The notes below the pieces were generated by a model, which was not told the origin of the DNA, searched no databases, and worked only from the letters and a program-made list of their open reading frames with translations. A program made the translations under genes and the position numbers. Positions 37,676-51,625 of a DNA stretch of 64,000 bases are shown piece after piece; positions within the stretch are counted from its first letter, which is position 1; each line of letters opens with the position of its first letter. This DNA is from Acanthaster planci (Eukaryota), in contig NW_019091356.1 in the NCBI RefSeq assembly GCF_001949145.1, positions 1,739,667 to 1,803,666 on the forward strand, written 5' to 3'.

Positions 37676-37832
37676 TTCACAATTAGTGCGCCTCCAAGAG
37701 TTTGCAGCGCATTGGCCAATCACAACACACAAAATCTGTCCACTCTCCAAACACCAGATTAATGGCCGACAGATTTTGTGCACTGTGATTGGCCAATGCA
37801 TTGCAAACTCTTGGAGGTGCACTATTGTGAAA
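37676..37832. mobile_element. Palindromic (foldback/MITE-like) element, ~65-bp arms
   Basis: ttcacaattagtgcgcctccaagagtttgcagcgcattggccaatcacaacacacaaaatctgtc pairs with gacagattttgtgcactgtgattggccaatgcattgcaaactcttggaggtgcactattgtgaa. Confidence 0.8.
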
Positions 37833-39804
37833 TGCTCGTATTTATGTAGGGCCTACTCAAGCAATCCCTCCTCCAACTCGCAGATATTGAGCACCGCCCA
37901 TCGGTGGTGTTTCAATAATCTTAATTTAAATAAGCCACGGCAATAGTCACATATGTGCCCAGTCAACGCCATAACTAAAAACAAAATTTGCGATTTGCCC
38001 AGGGACCGAACAATACTGAACGCAAGAGTTACAATGATAGCCGCTTCTGGCTTTTTGGGATTATTTATCATGTTTATGCATGGAGAAATAAAACACAGTG
38101 GTTTATGTTTTGAATTCCGTGCTGGTAGGCCTACTAGTAGGGTTTAAATTTTGTGCGTGTCGAAACAAAGCATAGCCATTTCTGTGTTTCTTTATGTCGT
38201 GTGTAAATGCATTATCGGGCAACGATGCGTCCTTCTAATGGAAACATGCGAGCATGCTAAGGTTCCTCCATGTTTCATGCAATCTGCCTTCCATTCACAA
38301 AGACAACAATGGTATGGCTGGTGGCGACATCTTCAAAGTTCGAGAAAAAGTAAACGCTGACTCACCTTTTTTTAGCCAACAAAATTTTCCAACAGTTTCC
38401 ATAAAGTGAAGCTGACGTCCTGTGTATCTCTTTGTCCAAGTTTAAGGAGCAAAACAACCGTTCATATAATTATTTGTCAATCTTTTTCATCGGAAAGCGA
38501 ATCCACGTGATTCGCATTTCTGGCACATTTTGGACTGCCGCCGGCAGACGGATAGCGCAAAGCGCATGTCCAGGGTAGTGAAGAAATAGTCGGATGGCGT
38601 GCCCTTGCAAATTCTATCAAAACGAGACTTGGTACCAGATACTAGATGCGCAAAAGGTACGCTGTGGAACCGGCTACGTTTGTCAGTGGAAGAAGAAAAA
38701 ATTCCATGTTTCTTCTAAACATGATGATGTAAGCCAGGACTCATTGTGGTAATATGATCTTGTCTCTTGGTCAGACTAATCTAGAATGGATGCAAATTGT
38801 TATTTTAACGTCTGATTTGATTCACCCCGCGCCGCATGCACAGCAAAGGCCCACAGTCAAAGTAAGCCTAGGCCATGTGTCTGTGTCTGTCTGACGTCTG
38901 GGCTGCATGTAAGTGCCAAGTCAAACGTCGTATCATAAACGTAGCGCACTTCTACGTTTCCCTTGATTTTTCCCGTGCAGTGTTGCCAAACCTCTTTGTT
39001 GAAATATTGTAAAATCATTCACTAATATATACTGGAACTGATGCCATCTATAATACATGGTGCTGAACCTCTGTGAACATTTCAATGTCATGAAATGAAT
39101 CTGAAATACATAAAGTGGTGGCGTCCGAAAATTGGGCACGTTCAGCTGAGTGTTCCTGACTGACTTGCTGTTTATTGTGAGTGTTCCTTATGCGGTGCAC
39201 AGGACGTGCACTTGAACAAATTTCAGAGAACATTTATTGGTAAATGATTTATTTCATTATTAGGCTACCTCCACTCACATACCCAATCAGAACTTTCTAA
39301 GAAAATTATTTTAAAAAAGTGTGGGTTGATTTCTTATTTTTTATTCAAATTTTCAATGTGGATATGGGGGAAATCAGTGGTTCCGCATGCTGGTTCACTC
39401 GGTTCATTAGGCAGGTTGTGGCGTTAGTGAACCAAGGAGGTATTACCATCTGATCAGTGTGAAACAAGCAGGTCTAAGATTCCAAAGATTCCTTGATGTA
39501 CAGAATCAAGAAGAGACTGAGTGGTTGCATTCAGTCACATCTATTCTTCACTAACATCACGCCTGGTTTAATGTCAGAAAGAATGGTATCAATTGTCATT
39601 TGTACTTTGTATTCGCGATGCTTTGAAACACTAAAGAAGGCTTCTTCAGTTGTTACAGAGTTCATATATGTGATCGTGCGAACCAAGCTGACGTGCACAA
39701 AATTGACAGCTTTTTTTTCCCTCTCAGGTACAGTGCATGTGTGATGGATTGAAGATGGTATAGTTTGGAATACTTCAAAGTTCCGAGATTGAAAGCAATT
39801 TGTG

Positions 39805-40540
39805 ATGGTGCGACAACATCAGTTCTGCTTTGACACAGTGTCCAACTCACCCATGCACCAGGCAGCCTTCAATGGTGACCTGAAGTCCCTCCATGAGCTC
39901 CTTCGTACCCCTGACAACCACAAGATTATCAACCTCAAGAACCACCTGGGTTGCACCCCGCTGCGACTAGCGGCGACAACGGGCAGCCGGCCCTGCGTGG
40001 AGCTGCTTGTGGCCCATGGCGCTGACGTCAACCTGACAGACATCAAAGGCCAGACACCGCTGTTCGTTGCTGTCAAGAACAACCACCCCAGTTGCGTGCA
40101 GGCGCTGGTGTCTTATGGCGCCAACCCGAATGGCAGTCCCAACTGTCTAAGCAGTCCTCTGTTCATTGCAGCGATGCAGGGTCTCCACGAGTGCCTGCAG
40201 GTGCTCGTGCAAGCCGGGGCGGACGTCAACTGCTCCTTATTAGCGGGGCCATACATCCCGGCGACAAACACCCCCTTACACATCAGCTTCACCTACAGGC
40301 ACCGGCAATGCTTCCGAGCTCTGCTCGTCGCTGGCGCCGATCCCGATTGCGGACTGACGAGGAAGCACTTGGAAGGCAGGCCCTCCCTGCTGGATGCGGC
40401 CATCCAGTGGGGCGACATTTACTTCATCAAGCTTCTGGTTGAGTTTGGCGGCACGAGGACAAAGAACAACAGACAATTGAACAGGAAGATTGGTGGGGAG
40501 TCGGCGACCGAAAAGGAACTAGAGGTTCAGGCTTATTTAA
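39805..40540 (+). CDS. Ankyrin repeat and SOCS box (ASB-family) protein, coding exon 1 (ankyrin repeats)
   Basis: ATG at 39805 after an in-frame TGA at 39790; acceptor ttttttccctctcag at 39727. Ankyrin repeats SPMHQAA, GCTPLRLAA, GQTPLFVAV, SSPLFIAA, NTPLHIS and PSLLDAA. Donor A|GTGAGT at 40540/40541, phase 1. Confidence 0.9.
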
Positions 40541-41307
40541 GTGAGTTTGAATCTCACACTAACAATCTTCCACTGCACATGTATCATGTTGTCTTCAGCT
40601 TTTTTGTCACCAACCATATGCAGCTAAATCCCAGAGGCAAAAAAGTGCAAGAAAATCCCTAAAAAAATTCATTCAACATGCTTAGAAAATATTCATACAA
40701 CAGAATTAAGTCCTTTAATGCCACAGTGCCAAGTGTGAAGGGGAAGCATTGGTGACTTTTAAAGGGGAAAATCAAAGAAATTAGGTCAGGCAATCAGAGA
40801 CAGTGTGTAGAACGAATTTCATATATCATCAATATTAGTGGAATGACTTTTATTTGTTATTGAAGGGGTCCCACGCAAGCCCTTTCTTGAAAAAAAAAAA
40901 CAGTTTTGATGCAGCATGTTTGGGGTCGTCATGTAGTTCTCCATGGGCACACACTGCATAGGCACCCGAGTTGTGCATTTTGGAAAAATTACTGAAAAGA
41001 TTCCCATAAAGCGTGTGTCATTTTGAGAAACTGACACTCCATGCACCCCACGCTTTTTGTGAGTAAACAGTGTATTCGCATTATACAGGGTGCCCTTCCC
41101 AAAAGAAAAACCTAGTAGTAATGGTGAGATATATTTCTGCCAGTGTGACAACCTACTTTACAATGGTCTTTGTGTCCCTTTCCTCACCACAGTCTTGTGT
41201 TCCGCCCCTTTCTCCCTTTTCTGTTTGTATTGCACATTGGCTTCTGGTATCAGTAGACATGTTTTTTCATTTCACTGAAGTGTTGGTATTAATTTTGCAT
41301 CTGATAG

Positions 41308-41438
41308 GTGTACCTCTGAGTTTGCTGTCATTGTGCCGTTTGTCGGTACGGAATAGCCTTGGAGCGAAGCGACTTTCATCAGCCTCGGAATTGCCCCTGC
41401 CAACCTACCTGAAGAAGTACCTTCAGTTCCTCGTGTAA
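41308..41438 (+). CDS. ASB-family protein, coding exon 2 (SOCS box)
   Basis: Acceptor ctgatag at 41307, phase-compatible with exon 1. SVPLSLLSLCRLSVRNSLG...LPLPTYLKKYL* is a BC box plus Cul5 box. Spliced product 288 aa. Confidence 0.9.
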
Positions 41439-43007
41439 GGAGCCTTCAATCAATCGAAAAAGTTCAACTCATCTGATCTCTGTTTTACTCTTGGGCCAGT
41501 TTTCTGGATCTCAGCTTGTGTCTTGGCTTCTGTGCGCACCTGTTGCCCAAAATGCGTTTTCAAGTATTAAGTCCAAACAATAATCTACACGTACTTCAAA
41601 CTTCAAAAGCCAGTTTGAGTGTTCCCTAGTCTTGGTCCAAGATGCTAGTGCTCAACAACAGATCATGCATAGTGCACCTTCTAACAACCCAATAATTAGA
41701 CCAGGGTGCTTGCTTGCACGAATGTCTTGGGAATCTCATAGTAGCTGTTTAACTTTTTCTGTATTTTCTCTCTGAGCTTTCTGGGGAACCCATCAGCAAT
41801 CACAAAATGGTTTGTCAGTCGCACGACGGTTGCCAAGGTACACACCATGTGCAGAATTCAGCTGTGATGTGTGGTGATCAAGCATTCTGATTTGATAAGC
41901 AACACAGAGATCCAACCCCCCGGAACAACCACTGATATCGAATTGGGAGGTCACTGTTTTTTTGAATAATGATACTGCTGTTTACACCAGCAGTTTTAAA
42001 TAATTTACATAAAATGACCTCACCCCCATTTCTTTGAGATTCCCATGACATTAGGGAACATGCAGAGTACTTTATGAGAGTGACAAACATTACTACGGAT
42101 CACTAAGGTCTTTTGCCAAGACCAAGGTTCCCGTCCGTTGCAGAAAAATGAAGCTGCAGTGAGCAGCAAGTTTACAACTTAATTCATAAAACTGAAATCC
42201 TGAGTTGGAGAGGGAGAAAAAGTTTTAGAAAAACATTTGAGATGATGGGAATTGACACACTGTACTTGTCACAATTTGGGATACCTGTGCTACAAAACAG
42301 TCTCAGGTTTTTTACTGACGACTGCATATTGTAGTCTTTCGTGATAATCGCTTTCCCATATAGAGTACCATTACAAATGAAACTTGAAAGACTGGATAAC
42401 TATAGCTGCTCCGATCCCTCACACCCTCGCTCTTCTATTAAGCTGCACAGTGTCCCGGTATACAGGTCGAGTTGTGACATGAGGGTTTCGTGTCAGTGCG
42501 CGATGCCATTTTGTTTCCATAATGGGTTGTCTTGACTGGAGCTGCATGAAACATAAGTGGCTGTAAGTTGAATTACATTGAGATGACATAAAAAGGACTT
42601 ACATTTACTAGAGTTGGGCAGTTGCTTGATTCGAGTGTAAACAAGCATGTGGACTTGGGGAGCAAAAATGCCTTCCAATTCGAAGTGGTCACAACTCTCC
42701 CTATATACAGTGTGCAATAATGTATCCTAATATTTTTTTATTTGGGAGGAAATTTGAAGGGAAATTGATAACCTACTAAATCTCGGGTATCTCCAGATAA
42801 GCAGCAATGTTCAATAAGATTTTACCATGGTGTCATTTCGATTCAAAACCAACATTATGCATGTTGTTATACATTTTCTAATAAGAGTTTTTAGGGTTTA
42901 TGAACATGTACAAAAAGTTAAGCTTTAGTAATATCAATTTCAGTAAAATCCTTTATGTTGCCTGATTCCTAAACTACAAAGATTTTTCTTTTTTAAAAAA
43001 GTGATAT

Positions 43008-43070
43008 CTTTAACCCTAACAATCCTCAGTCCTCCAAAAGGTGAAGGATTGAGGAGTTTTAGGGTTAAGG
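43008..43070. repeat. Short hairpin / inverted repeat
   Basis: ttaaccctaacaatcctcagtcct...aggattgaggagttttagggttaa. Confidence 0.6.
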
Positions 43071-44961
43071 TTTTGAGGTTTTAAGGTCATTCATATTTTA
43101 CCAGTCACTGTTTATTGCCATAGATCCACTCTTTTCTTTCTGTGCTTGTCCCCTTGAGACAGGTGCAAGAGGTAGATATTAATGCACATGTATGTAGTAA
43201 TCATCGTGATCATAAACTAGAAATGATCAAAATGTTCACAGCTTGTGGAGTCCATAGTGAGACAATATCTTCCCAAGATTCACATCTCACCAGCACAAAT
43301 GAGTTTCATCGGTGTACTTTGAATCTACATGCATCAGTTCATTTTTAATGTTACACACCCAATTTCATGCAACAATATTTTATGCTTCTGTAGCATTCAT
43401 TAAGTTAAATAAGCACATGCATGTAGATGTAGGCATTCAACATTTTGTTCCTGAATGATTTCCCACTAATCTGCAGGTTGTGTGAATCCCACCCGACTTG
43501 AACAGTCCATTCAGGCGCAAGTAGTAATTCTTCGGGTCAAATATTGGTTAGCAGAAACCTGTACAAGGAAACATCTGCCCATTTCAGCCATGTAAACTAA
43601 ACAGGAATAAGGCAAAACAAATGAGGATTTGCAACTAGCATAGCAACGGACACTTCCCTTCACAGATATTAAGATTATTTGGGGCATGCCTTCATCCACG
43701 CTCAGGCCTGTAAAAATTAATTTTAATAAATTAAAAGAAAAAAAAAATCAACTCCACCACTGAATCAGATTTTACAGTTGCACTGGCAATTTATTTCCAT
43801 GAAGTCTGAAATGACATAATTACACTATGTACATCCACCATGACACTGCTAGCTTATCTGTGTTTTCTTAATATACCCACAAGAATAAACTTGTTCAGCT
43901 TTACTACGACTGTTTGTAAGAACTGAACTGTAGAACAAGAATGATACAAAAACTCTGGCCGCAGCACATCTTGGAGTAAACTTATGAAATACTTCATAAT
44001 TGATTTCAAATTACCTGAAATCTTTGAGTGTCTACGACAAATTCTGAAAGTTTCACTCGGACGAAATCTGCAATTTTTTAAAAGTAAACTGGTGAGTTCT
44101 TAGCTGTAAGCATGTGCTACTGAAAGCCTCACAATTCAGTTTTAAGTCCAAAACCTTTTAATAACAATCACCTGTTCACCTATAAAACCAGGTTGAGACA
44201 AACAGTTTACTGTGACGTTTTACCATCAAACCAGCACATATCAGCTCATATAGTTATCCAAGGGTTAATTATATATGACAAACCGAAACTTGTTTCAAAG
44301 AGGAAAAAAAAAAGTTCTTCACTCATGCCAGCCTTGACTACTCGGATTGCAGTATGTAAAGATATTCTAAGTTTTGCTGTTGAAACAAGTAAAAAACATA
44401 CACAATGGCAAAAAATTTGCTTTTTTCGGCCTTTAAAAAAGGCCAGGGTCAAAAAAAAGACACTTCTTATAGGCTGTTTTTAAAAGGAAGTAGTTTTGCA
44501 CTGCAAGGACAACAAATACATGAAGCTCTTTGAGGATAAGGAATGGACAACTACGACCACTTAAAATTTTGCCAGAACTGTTTGCTAAATTGTAAGATAA
44601 GCGAGTTTGCTACGTGCACTTTTACTCTTCACACAATAATCTGTGAATTTACGCCTGGCAATCCAACTACTTTTTTTATTTATTCTGTAAGTATTGCAAC
44701 TCAATCCAAATAAATATTCATACAACAAATGTACAAATTATTTTTAAATTAGTTTGCAGTGAATTGCATGGTGTACGTTAATATACCATTCAGTACGTTA
44801 AAACAATATGTATTAAGTTATGGAAGAATAAAGCTCATTAAATTTCTAGCGACGTCATGCAAATCTACAAGTAAAACTTACAGAAATGAAAATTAAAATG
44901 GCAAATGAACACCATGACAACTGGTCTGTCTTGTCAATACAAGCATTTATTCAAAAGCCTG

Positions 44962-45210
44962 CAGAAGCCAATTTCATAGAGCTGCTTAATTAAGCACAAA
45001 ATTTGCCTAAGCAGGAAAAAAATTTTGCTTAATAAACAAAGGTTACCATCTCAAACTGTATTTGTCATGCTAACCAAAACACGGCAAAGTATGACCCCAA
45101 AACAATAAACATCACATTGAGTTTTGGCTGGTTACCTGATTTATCCAGTAAGATTTTTTCGCGCTTAAAGCATATTTTGTGCTTAAGCAGCTCTATGAAA
45201 TTGGCCCCTG
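44962..45210. mobile_element. MITE with long imperfect TIRs
   Basis: gccaatttcatagagctgcttaa...gcacaaaat at left; attttgtgcttaagcagctctatgaaattggc at right. Confidence 0.8.
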
Positions 45211-45814
45211 GTTTGAAGAGACCATTTCTTCTCCTACATGTACTTCTCAAATAAATTCCCAATCTATGACACCTGTCAAACGATAACATTCAGCCGNGTA
45301 TATATCATGCTGTCAAAAAAACAGTTGGGTTGAATCATCACATGATGAACAGCTGAAGTTACATATATGCAATTTTTAAATTACTTTGTGCCGATGCCGC
45401 ACACTACAGGATGAATGACCGCACATTTTTTTTTACCCAGCAAGGGAAATGCAGCACCTCTCAATAGAAAATTACGACATACTGCACACTTTCAGACCTT
45501 GGGCCAATTTCACACAGCTACATGTATTTTAAAACGCAAACTTCTACCTAAACACGGGGACAGCTTATTCATCAGCATCTCATGGGACACGCTCAGCTTA
45601 CAAGTTTCATTCTTACTTGGTACGCCATGGTCAATCAAACTGAAAAAAGAAAACTAATGCCTGGACCACATCTATGAAACAATGCATATACTCATTGATC
45701 CTACAGAGACCAGATTTCATGGCAAAGATTTGATACTGTATGTGTGTATTGATCTAAATTAGCACAACGGTGAATACTTAAAACACATATTTAGTAAACA
45801 GTAGAGCTTTCCTC

Positions 45815-48800
45815 TCAGGCAGAGCCTGGCGATGGAGATGGACCTCCAGGACCCCCACCGCCTGCTTTAAAGATGGGCTTTCCAAGTAAGGATGCTGCTA
45901 CATTTGGTGGAGGCCTCAGACCAGGCGCTGCGGCAACCATCACTGGCCTGGCACCTGGAGGCAAACCAGGAGCCTGGACCATCCTGGGCACTAGCAATCC
46001 CTGCGGCATGGCCACTCTGCCGGGAATGGCTCTTCCCTGGGGTACGGCTAGCCCTCCAGGTACGGCTATGGATCCTGGCACAGCCATGCCACCGGGCACA
46101 GCCATGCCGCCGGGCATGGCCATGCCGCCGGGCACGGCCATGCCGCCGGGCATGGCCATGCCGCCGGGCAAAACAACACCCCCAGGAAGAGCCATTCTCT
46201 GAACTCCGGGAACTGGTGTTGCTGATGGGATGACGGTCCCAGGGAGTCCAACCCTAGCACCGGGCAGAGCAACAGCGCCTGGAATAGGGGCACCAGCTGG
46301 GAGAGCTATTCGGGGACTTCCCACAACTCCTGGGGCCATCCCGGGGGGCACCGACACCCGAATGGCTCCTGGAGGTAATCCTGGCACAGCGACTGAAGCA
46401 GCGGCTGGTGGACCTGATGGGTGCGCAAAGCGAATCATTCCCGGAATGGGGGTGCTGCCTGGGGGCCCAGGCAGGGCATGGATGGGAGATGGCAATCCAG
46501 GAACTGGGGATATCACAGGTACTGGAGAAGGAATCTGCTTTGGAGATGGTATCCGCATGGCATTAACAGGCAAGCCAGAGGGCGAGACAGCAATGGGGAC
46601 TGGACTCATCATTCGCATCGTACTCGGGTTGGGGCCTGGGCTAGCTACTTGCACAAGTGAAGGGCTCGGAACTCGCACCAGTGGACTTGTTGGTGAGTGT
46701 GACGGTTGAGGTGTAGAACAGGCTTTGGGTTGAGGACTTGGTGATGAGGCCGGCTGTTCAGTGACATTGTGACTCTGGGGAGGAGTGTGCAGTATCGGTC
46801 GTGCTTGTGGGGATGGTGCACGGACAGAGTGCATGCGGATGGGGACGCCCATTGGTATCAATGGACTTCCAGCTGTTGGTAAGGATTGAGCAGACGGAAT
46901 GGGCGTGCGTATGCGGATTGGAACCCCGGCTGGCCCCAGCATCACAGCTCCAGCCTCTGAGACCAAAACAGGGGGTGCACCTGGAACCACTTTCAAAATC
47001 TGCCTCGGGGGTACCATCTGGCCCGGTGCTAACTCTGGACTTGGAGTCAATACCTGACCTGGCAGTAATCCTGGACGAGCCAACAGGGTGCCTGGTGTTA
47101 AGGCAGGACCTGGTGACACTGTCGCTCCAGGAGTGAGAACAGGCGCGGGTGTCAGGGATGGTCCTGGAGATATAGATGGAGAAGGGCCAAGTGTAGGCCC
47201 AGCTGGCAGAACTTCACCCCTTTCTCCAACTAACAGCTGTGGCTGACCAGGAAGGGGTGGAATACCTTGCCCTGGGGATGGTAGGCTGACTGGCTGCGGC
47301 TGGCCTGGAGCAGCAAGGACAAGTGGTCCTGAACGTGGGGGCAGGACTTGCATAGGACGTGCCCCAACTATTTGACCAGTGCGAACATCAACAAGCTGTC
47401 CAGGGCGTGGACCAACCACTGGCCCTGGTGCACGAATCAATACTTGGCCGGTGCGAGCATCTATGACCTGGCTGGGAGGCTGTGCAACAACTGGCCCTGT
47501 GGGGCGGACAACCTGGCCGGTGCGAGCATCCACTAATTGCCCTGGGGGCTGAGCTAGGACAGGTGCAGCAGGGCGGATAACAACCTGACCAGTGCGAGCA
47601 TCTATCAGCTGACCTGGGGATGGTGTTATAACTGGAGTAGGAGGGCGGACCAAAACCTGACCAGTACGAGCATCTACCAACTGGCCAGGGACAAGAGCAG
47701 GACGGGTTGCTAGAACAGGACCTGGAGGCCGCACGATCACCTGACCGGCAGCCAGGTTGGGGTCGTGTGTCATCACCTGACCTGGTGGCATTGCCTGAAG
47801 TGCTACTCCTTCGTTGCCTGGGATAGCCTGAGGAGTTCCTTGGAGTCCTGGATGAGCAGCCTGAAGGCCTAGACTGGGATCCCCGTACTGTTCTGCATGC
47901 TGCCCTTCAGCTTCGCCCTGGGCAATGGGCATCATGTGCATTCCCTGGGCAAGCTGCTGTTCCTCGGCTTGAGCCTGGTGGCTTCCTTGCTGCATGGGGA
48001 CCTGTCCCTGGGACTGCATCATCTGCTGCTGCACATGGAGCCTTGCCTGCTCTTGCAGCTCACGGTATTTCTCCATCTCCTCAGGAGGTATTGACATGTC
48101 TTTCGCTTGGTCTGGTGGTGAGGGGGATTTCCTCTCTGCCTTACCACTGGACTCATCCTTCTTCTGTGAAGATTTAGCAGATGCTTCATTCCCACTCTGG
48201 TTCTTAACCTCTTGCTTAACAGTCTTATTGATCTTTGGAGCTGGTACTGAGGGGACTTTGAAGACATTCCCTACCTTGCCACCTGGACTATCTTTATCCT
48301 CATCATCACTTGCCGTACCCTCATCCCCTTTGCTCTTCCCAACAGAAGAATCCTGAGTTTTTCCTGGCAGAGCAGTAGATGCTTTTCCAGGCTTGTGAGT
48401 AGTAGATGGTGTGCTCTCTATTACAAGTCCTCCTCCTTTAGTCAATTGTGTCTGATCTTCCAAATTTGCTAAATTTTGCAGTAGGTCAGAAATCTTCTCC
48501 TTCGACTTTGTACTGATTCCTAAAGTCTGTTTATCACTCTTAAGACTAGGTTCTGAGGCAATGCTTTCCTTCAAAGCTTTACGAACTCGTTCTTTTAAGT
48601 TTGAGCATCCCGATGAGATCTTTGTACCTGTTACATCATCAACTTTCCTTCCTTTCATTGTCTCATCCTTGCGTTTATCAAGGAGAGACGGCCTCACACT
48701 AGTTCTACTAGAAACAGGTGATGGCCGATAAAGAGGTGACCGGCTTCTCGATCTTGAATACCTTGAAGAGCTCCTGTAATCGGAATACCTTCTGGGGGAA

Positions 48801-50924
48801 TTTGACCGTGACCTAGAACGTGACCAAGATCTTGATCTACTGTGTCTGCTTCTCGAATGGCGTCTGGACCTCTCATAGTCTGAATCGCTGTCGCTGTCTC
48901 TGTGTCTGCTATGACTCCTCCTTCGGTGAGATTTCCTCGAAGAATGGTCTTCATCACTGTAAGATCTGGAGCGACTGCGAGACCTGTGACCGGAATCCCG
49001 TCTATCAGATTTCCGGCATCTTTCATGATCAGATTCATCGTACGAATCATCACTATAGCCACGAGACCGTTTTCTGCGTCTGCTCCGTCGGTCGTAATCG
49101 TCATCAGAGCTGTAGTCACTTGCAGAGCGCTTCCTATGTCTTCGTTTCTGCTTCCTACTAGAGCTACCTGATTTATTCTCTTCATCATTAGACTCATGTG
49201 GAGAATGAGAACGATCACGAACATGTGAGCTCTTGGACCGGTGTCGTTTCTTCCTCTCATCGTCTGAGCGGTCAGAGCTTCGAGAGTGGCGAGACCTGTT
49301 GGAGCGTCTCCTCTTTCGCTTCCTTTTCTTACGTTTTTTTGCACGCCTTCGATAGGATGAGTCCTTGGGGTTTGCGGTGAAGTCCTCCAATGGTTCTTCA
49401 GTTTGGTTGCTGGCCACCACTGCAGTTTTGACACTCATATTGGGGTCTGGATCCTGGCTGGTCGAGGGCTGCGACTTTCCATCAGACATTGCAGGGGGTT
49501 CCTCCACTTTAACAGCAGAGTCACTGTTTTTGCTGACAAGCTTTCTAAACTCAAAATGCAATGGGTTTACACTATAAGAGATTACTGGCTCTGTCTGAGT
49601 GTAGCACATCATCTCCATAGGCCACGGTAAAGTTGTCTCATCATCTTTTCCTAGAACGGCAAGGTAACCCTCCTCAACCTTTTCCAAGACAGGACTGGAG
49701 GGTGGTTCACTATCAAGCTGGGATTGGGAAGCCTCTTGAGGAGCAGTTCCTTCCTGGTTTTGTTTTGAAGAACTATCTGCTTCCTGGTTTTTATTCTCTT
49801 CATCATTGCCACAGCCACCAACACACACTCCACTCACTTTCTCAACATTTGTATCACCTTCTGTTTCCTCTGTGCCTGGCTCCTTTTTTATCACACAACT
49901 CACTTGACTTGCTCCAACAGAATTTGTTTTTGTGATTCCATTCCCGTCTTTTGTTTTGGAATGTTCAAGAGTCTCACAGTTGGTTGCGTTTTCACATGGC
50001 CTTTGCTTTGGTTGAGAAGGAGCAGCTGGTTGGCTGTCTTTGATTTGGCATGGCAGGTTATCAGTTTGAGTTCTTTGGGGTTGGGGAGGCATATCACAAT
50101 TGGGATGATCCTTTGGTTCAGTCTTGGCATCAGTCCCAGACTCAGCGGAATTGCTTATTTCATTGCATGGTTTATTGCTGTTTGATTTGAGTCTCTTGCT
50201 GGCTGCCTTCCCATCAGGCTTCTTCTGGACACTGGGTCCATTTTGTGAGGAAGATTCGCTAGTTTTACTCCTTGAGATCTTAGCATTTGCTTTTACTGGC
50301 TTCGCCTCATATTTGGCTACCTCAGGCTGATCCAAAGTCCTTTCTGCTTTGATGAAGGTTACTGCCTTTCCACTTCCTTGTGAAGAGCTCGGTTGTTCAG
50401 CACCAAACGTTCGGTTAATCTTTACTTTTTTCGATTTCCTCGAACTCTTTGCTTGATTGCTGTCGGTCAATGAACTCTCAGGTGCATTTTCTGGGTCATT
50501 ACCTTGAGCAGCATTAGCCTGATCTCCCTCAAAGACTGACTTTGTTGCTATCCTGGTCAGAGTTTTCTTGGAGAAGCTGAATGAAATGTTGTTCTGCTTG
50601 TTAGTATTATCAAGCTCCTCCTGCCGACTTGGAGAAAGTCTCCTCTCCTGGGCAAAGGCCATCAGACGCTTCCGTGCTAGCGACTTGCCCCGCACCTCCT
50701 CTTGGGGGCCGTACTGCTTCCTGTCTGCTGTTCCCGGTGGTTTGTCGCCACAGGAATGACTTGTCGCTGCTGAGCGATGTTTGTCTCCCCCGCTATCCGC
50801 ACCTGGTTTGGGGTCATAGATGTTGGGCGGGGGCACACTGTTCCATCCTCCCCGGGATTCGCTAGATGTCACTTTGCTATCTCCTTTACCCTTCTTTGCT
50901 GTCTTTTCGCCACCATTGCTGGTA
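45815..50924 (-). CDS. GPATCH8: GPATCH8-like protein, giant terminal coding exon (5.1 kb)
   Basis: Acceptor ttttcag at 50925, phase 2, in frame with the 1685-aa ORF. GPATCH8/ZNF804-family motif VLGKDDETTLPWPMEMMCYTQTEPVISYSVNPLHFEF, K/R- and RS-rich region, PEEMEKYRELQEQARLHVQQQ, and a Pro-rich C-terminus. Confidence 0.9.
46020..46190 (-). repeat. Coding 18-bp tandem repeat (PGGMA[M/V]) in the GPATCH8-like C-terminus
   Basis: ccgggca(t/c)ggccatgccg repeated. Confidence 0.9.
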
Positions 50925-51488
50925 CTGAAAAAAAACCAAGAATCCCCTTTAATATTTCACAGGGGGAAATGGTTACTGCTTAGAAATGATTGTTGAAATG
51001 AAATCACAAGTTGATTAAAAGATCAGACACCATCAAAACATCCTGGCAACAAAATAAGATATTGAACAGACCCTGATAACTTGAAAAAGCTGAGAGAGTA
51101 TAAATAGATTACGACACTCTTAACGACCCAGGTCAACATGCAACTTATTCACTAACAGAAGCTTTGTGTGGTAGCCATCATCTTACAGGGCAGTTGTTCT
51201 GTTCCACAGTGAAACCACCTTTGTACACACTCTGTGGAACAAAAGCACTGGCCTCCAAGATGGTAGCAAAGCAAACCCTCTATCGCATTTGTATCCATTG
51301 TGTTCAATTAAAGGCCTATGACTATGATTTCTACCCTGCTGCTAAACCAAATCTAGAAACAGGAATATTTGCATAGTTCTTTGAGTATGTTTTATGAGTT
51401 GTTTTGACTTATTTCTTGTTTATCACAGGAAATAAATAGGAATTGCTGCAACGATGTACAAAAATACAGGTTTCCTTTCATCAAGTAC

Positions 51489-51625
51489 CTTTTTTCTACA
51501 GGCTGAGCTCTCTGCTGGGCCATTTCATGCAGCTTCTTCAACTCTTTCTGCCGCTTCTTTTCTTCCTTCTTCATCTTTGAGCCAACAGTTCGGCCAAACT
51601 CACGGGCCTTCAAATCCTTCAAGCG
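51489..51625 (-). CDS. GPATCH8: GPATCH8-like exon (coiled coil after the zinc finger)
   Basis: tag|RLKDLKAREFGRTVGSKMKKEEKKRQKELKKLHEMAQQR...|gt; 137 nt, phase 0 to 2. Confidence 0.92.

Noticed and set aside
40541..40662. C-terminal extension of the 286-aa ankyrin ORF
   Set aside because: Intron read-through after a GTGAGT donor; splicing to the SOCS-box exon is phase-compatible.
45873..50983. Many overlapping antisense and alternate-frame ORFs
   Set aside because: Shadows of the repetitive GPATCH8 exon; no independent domain signal.
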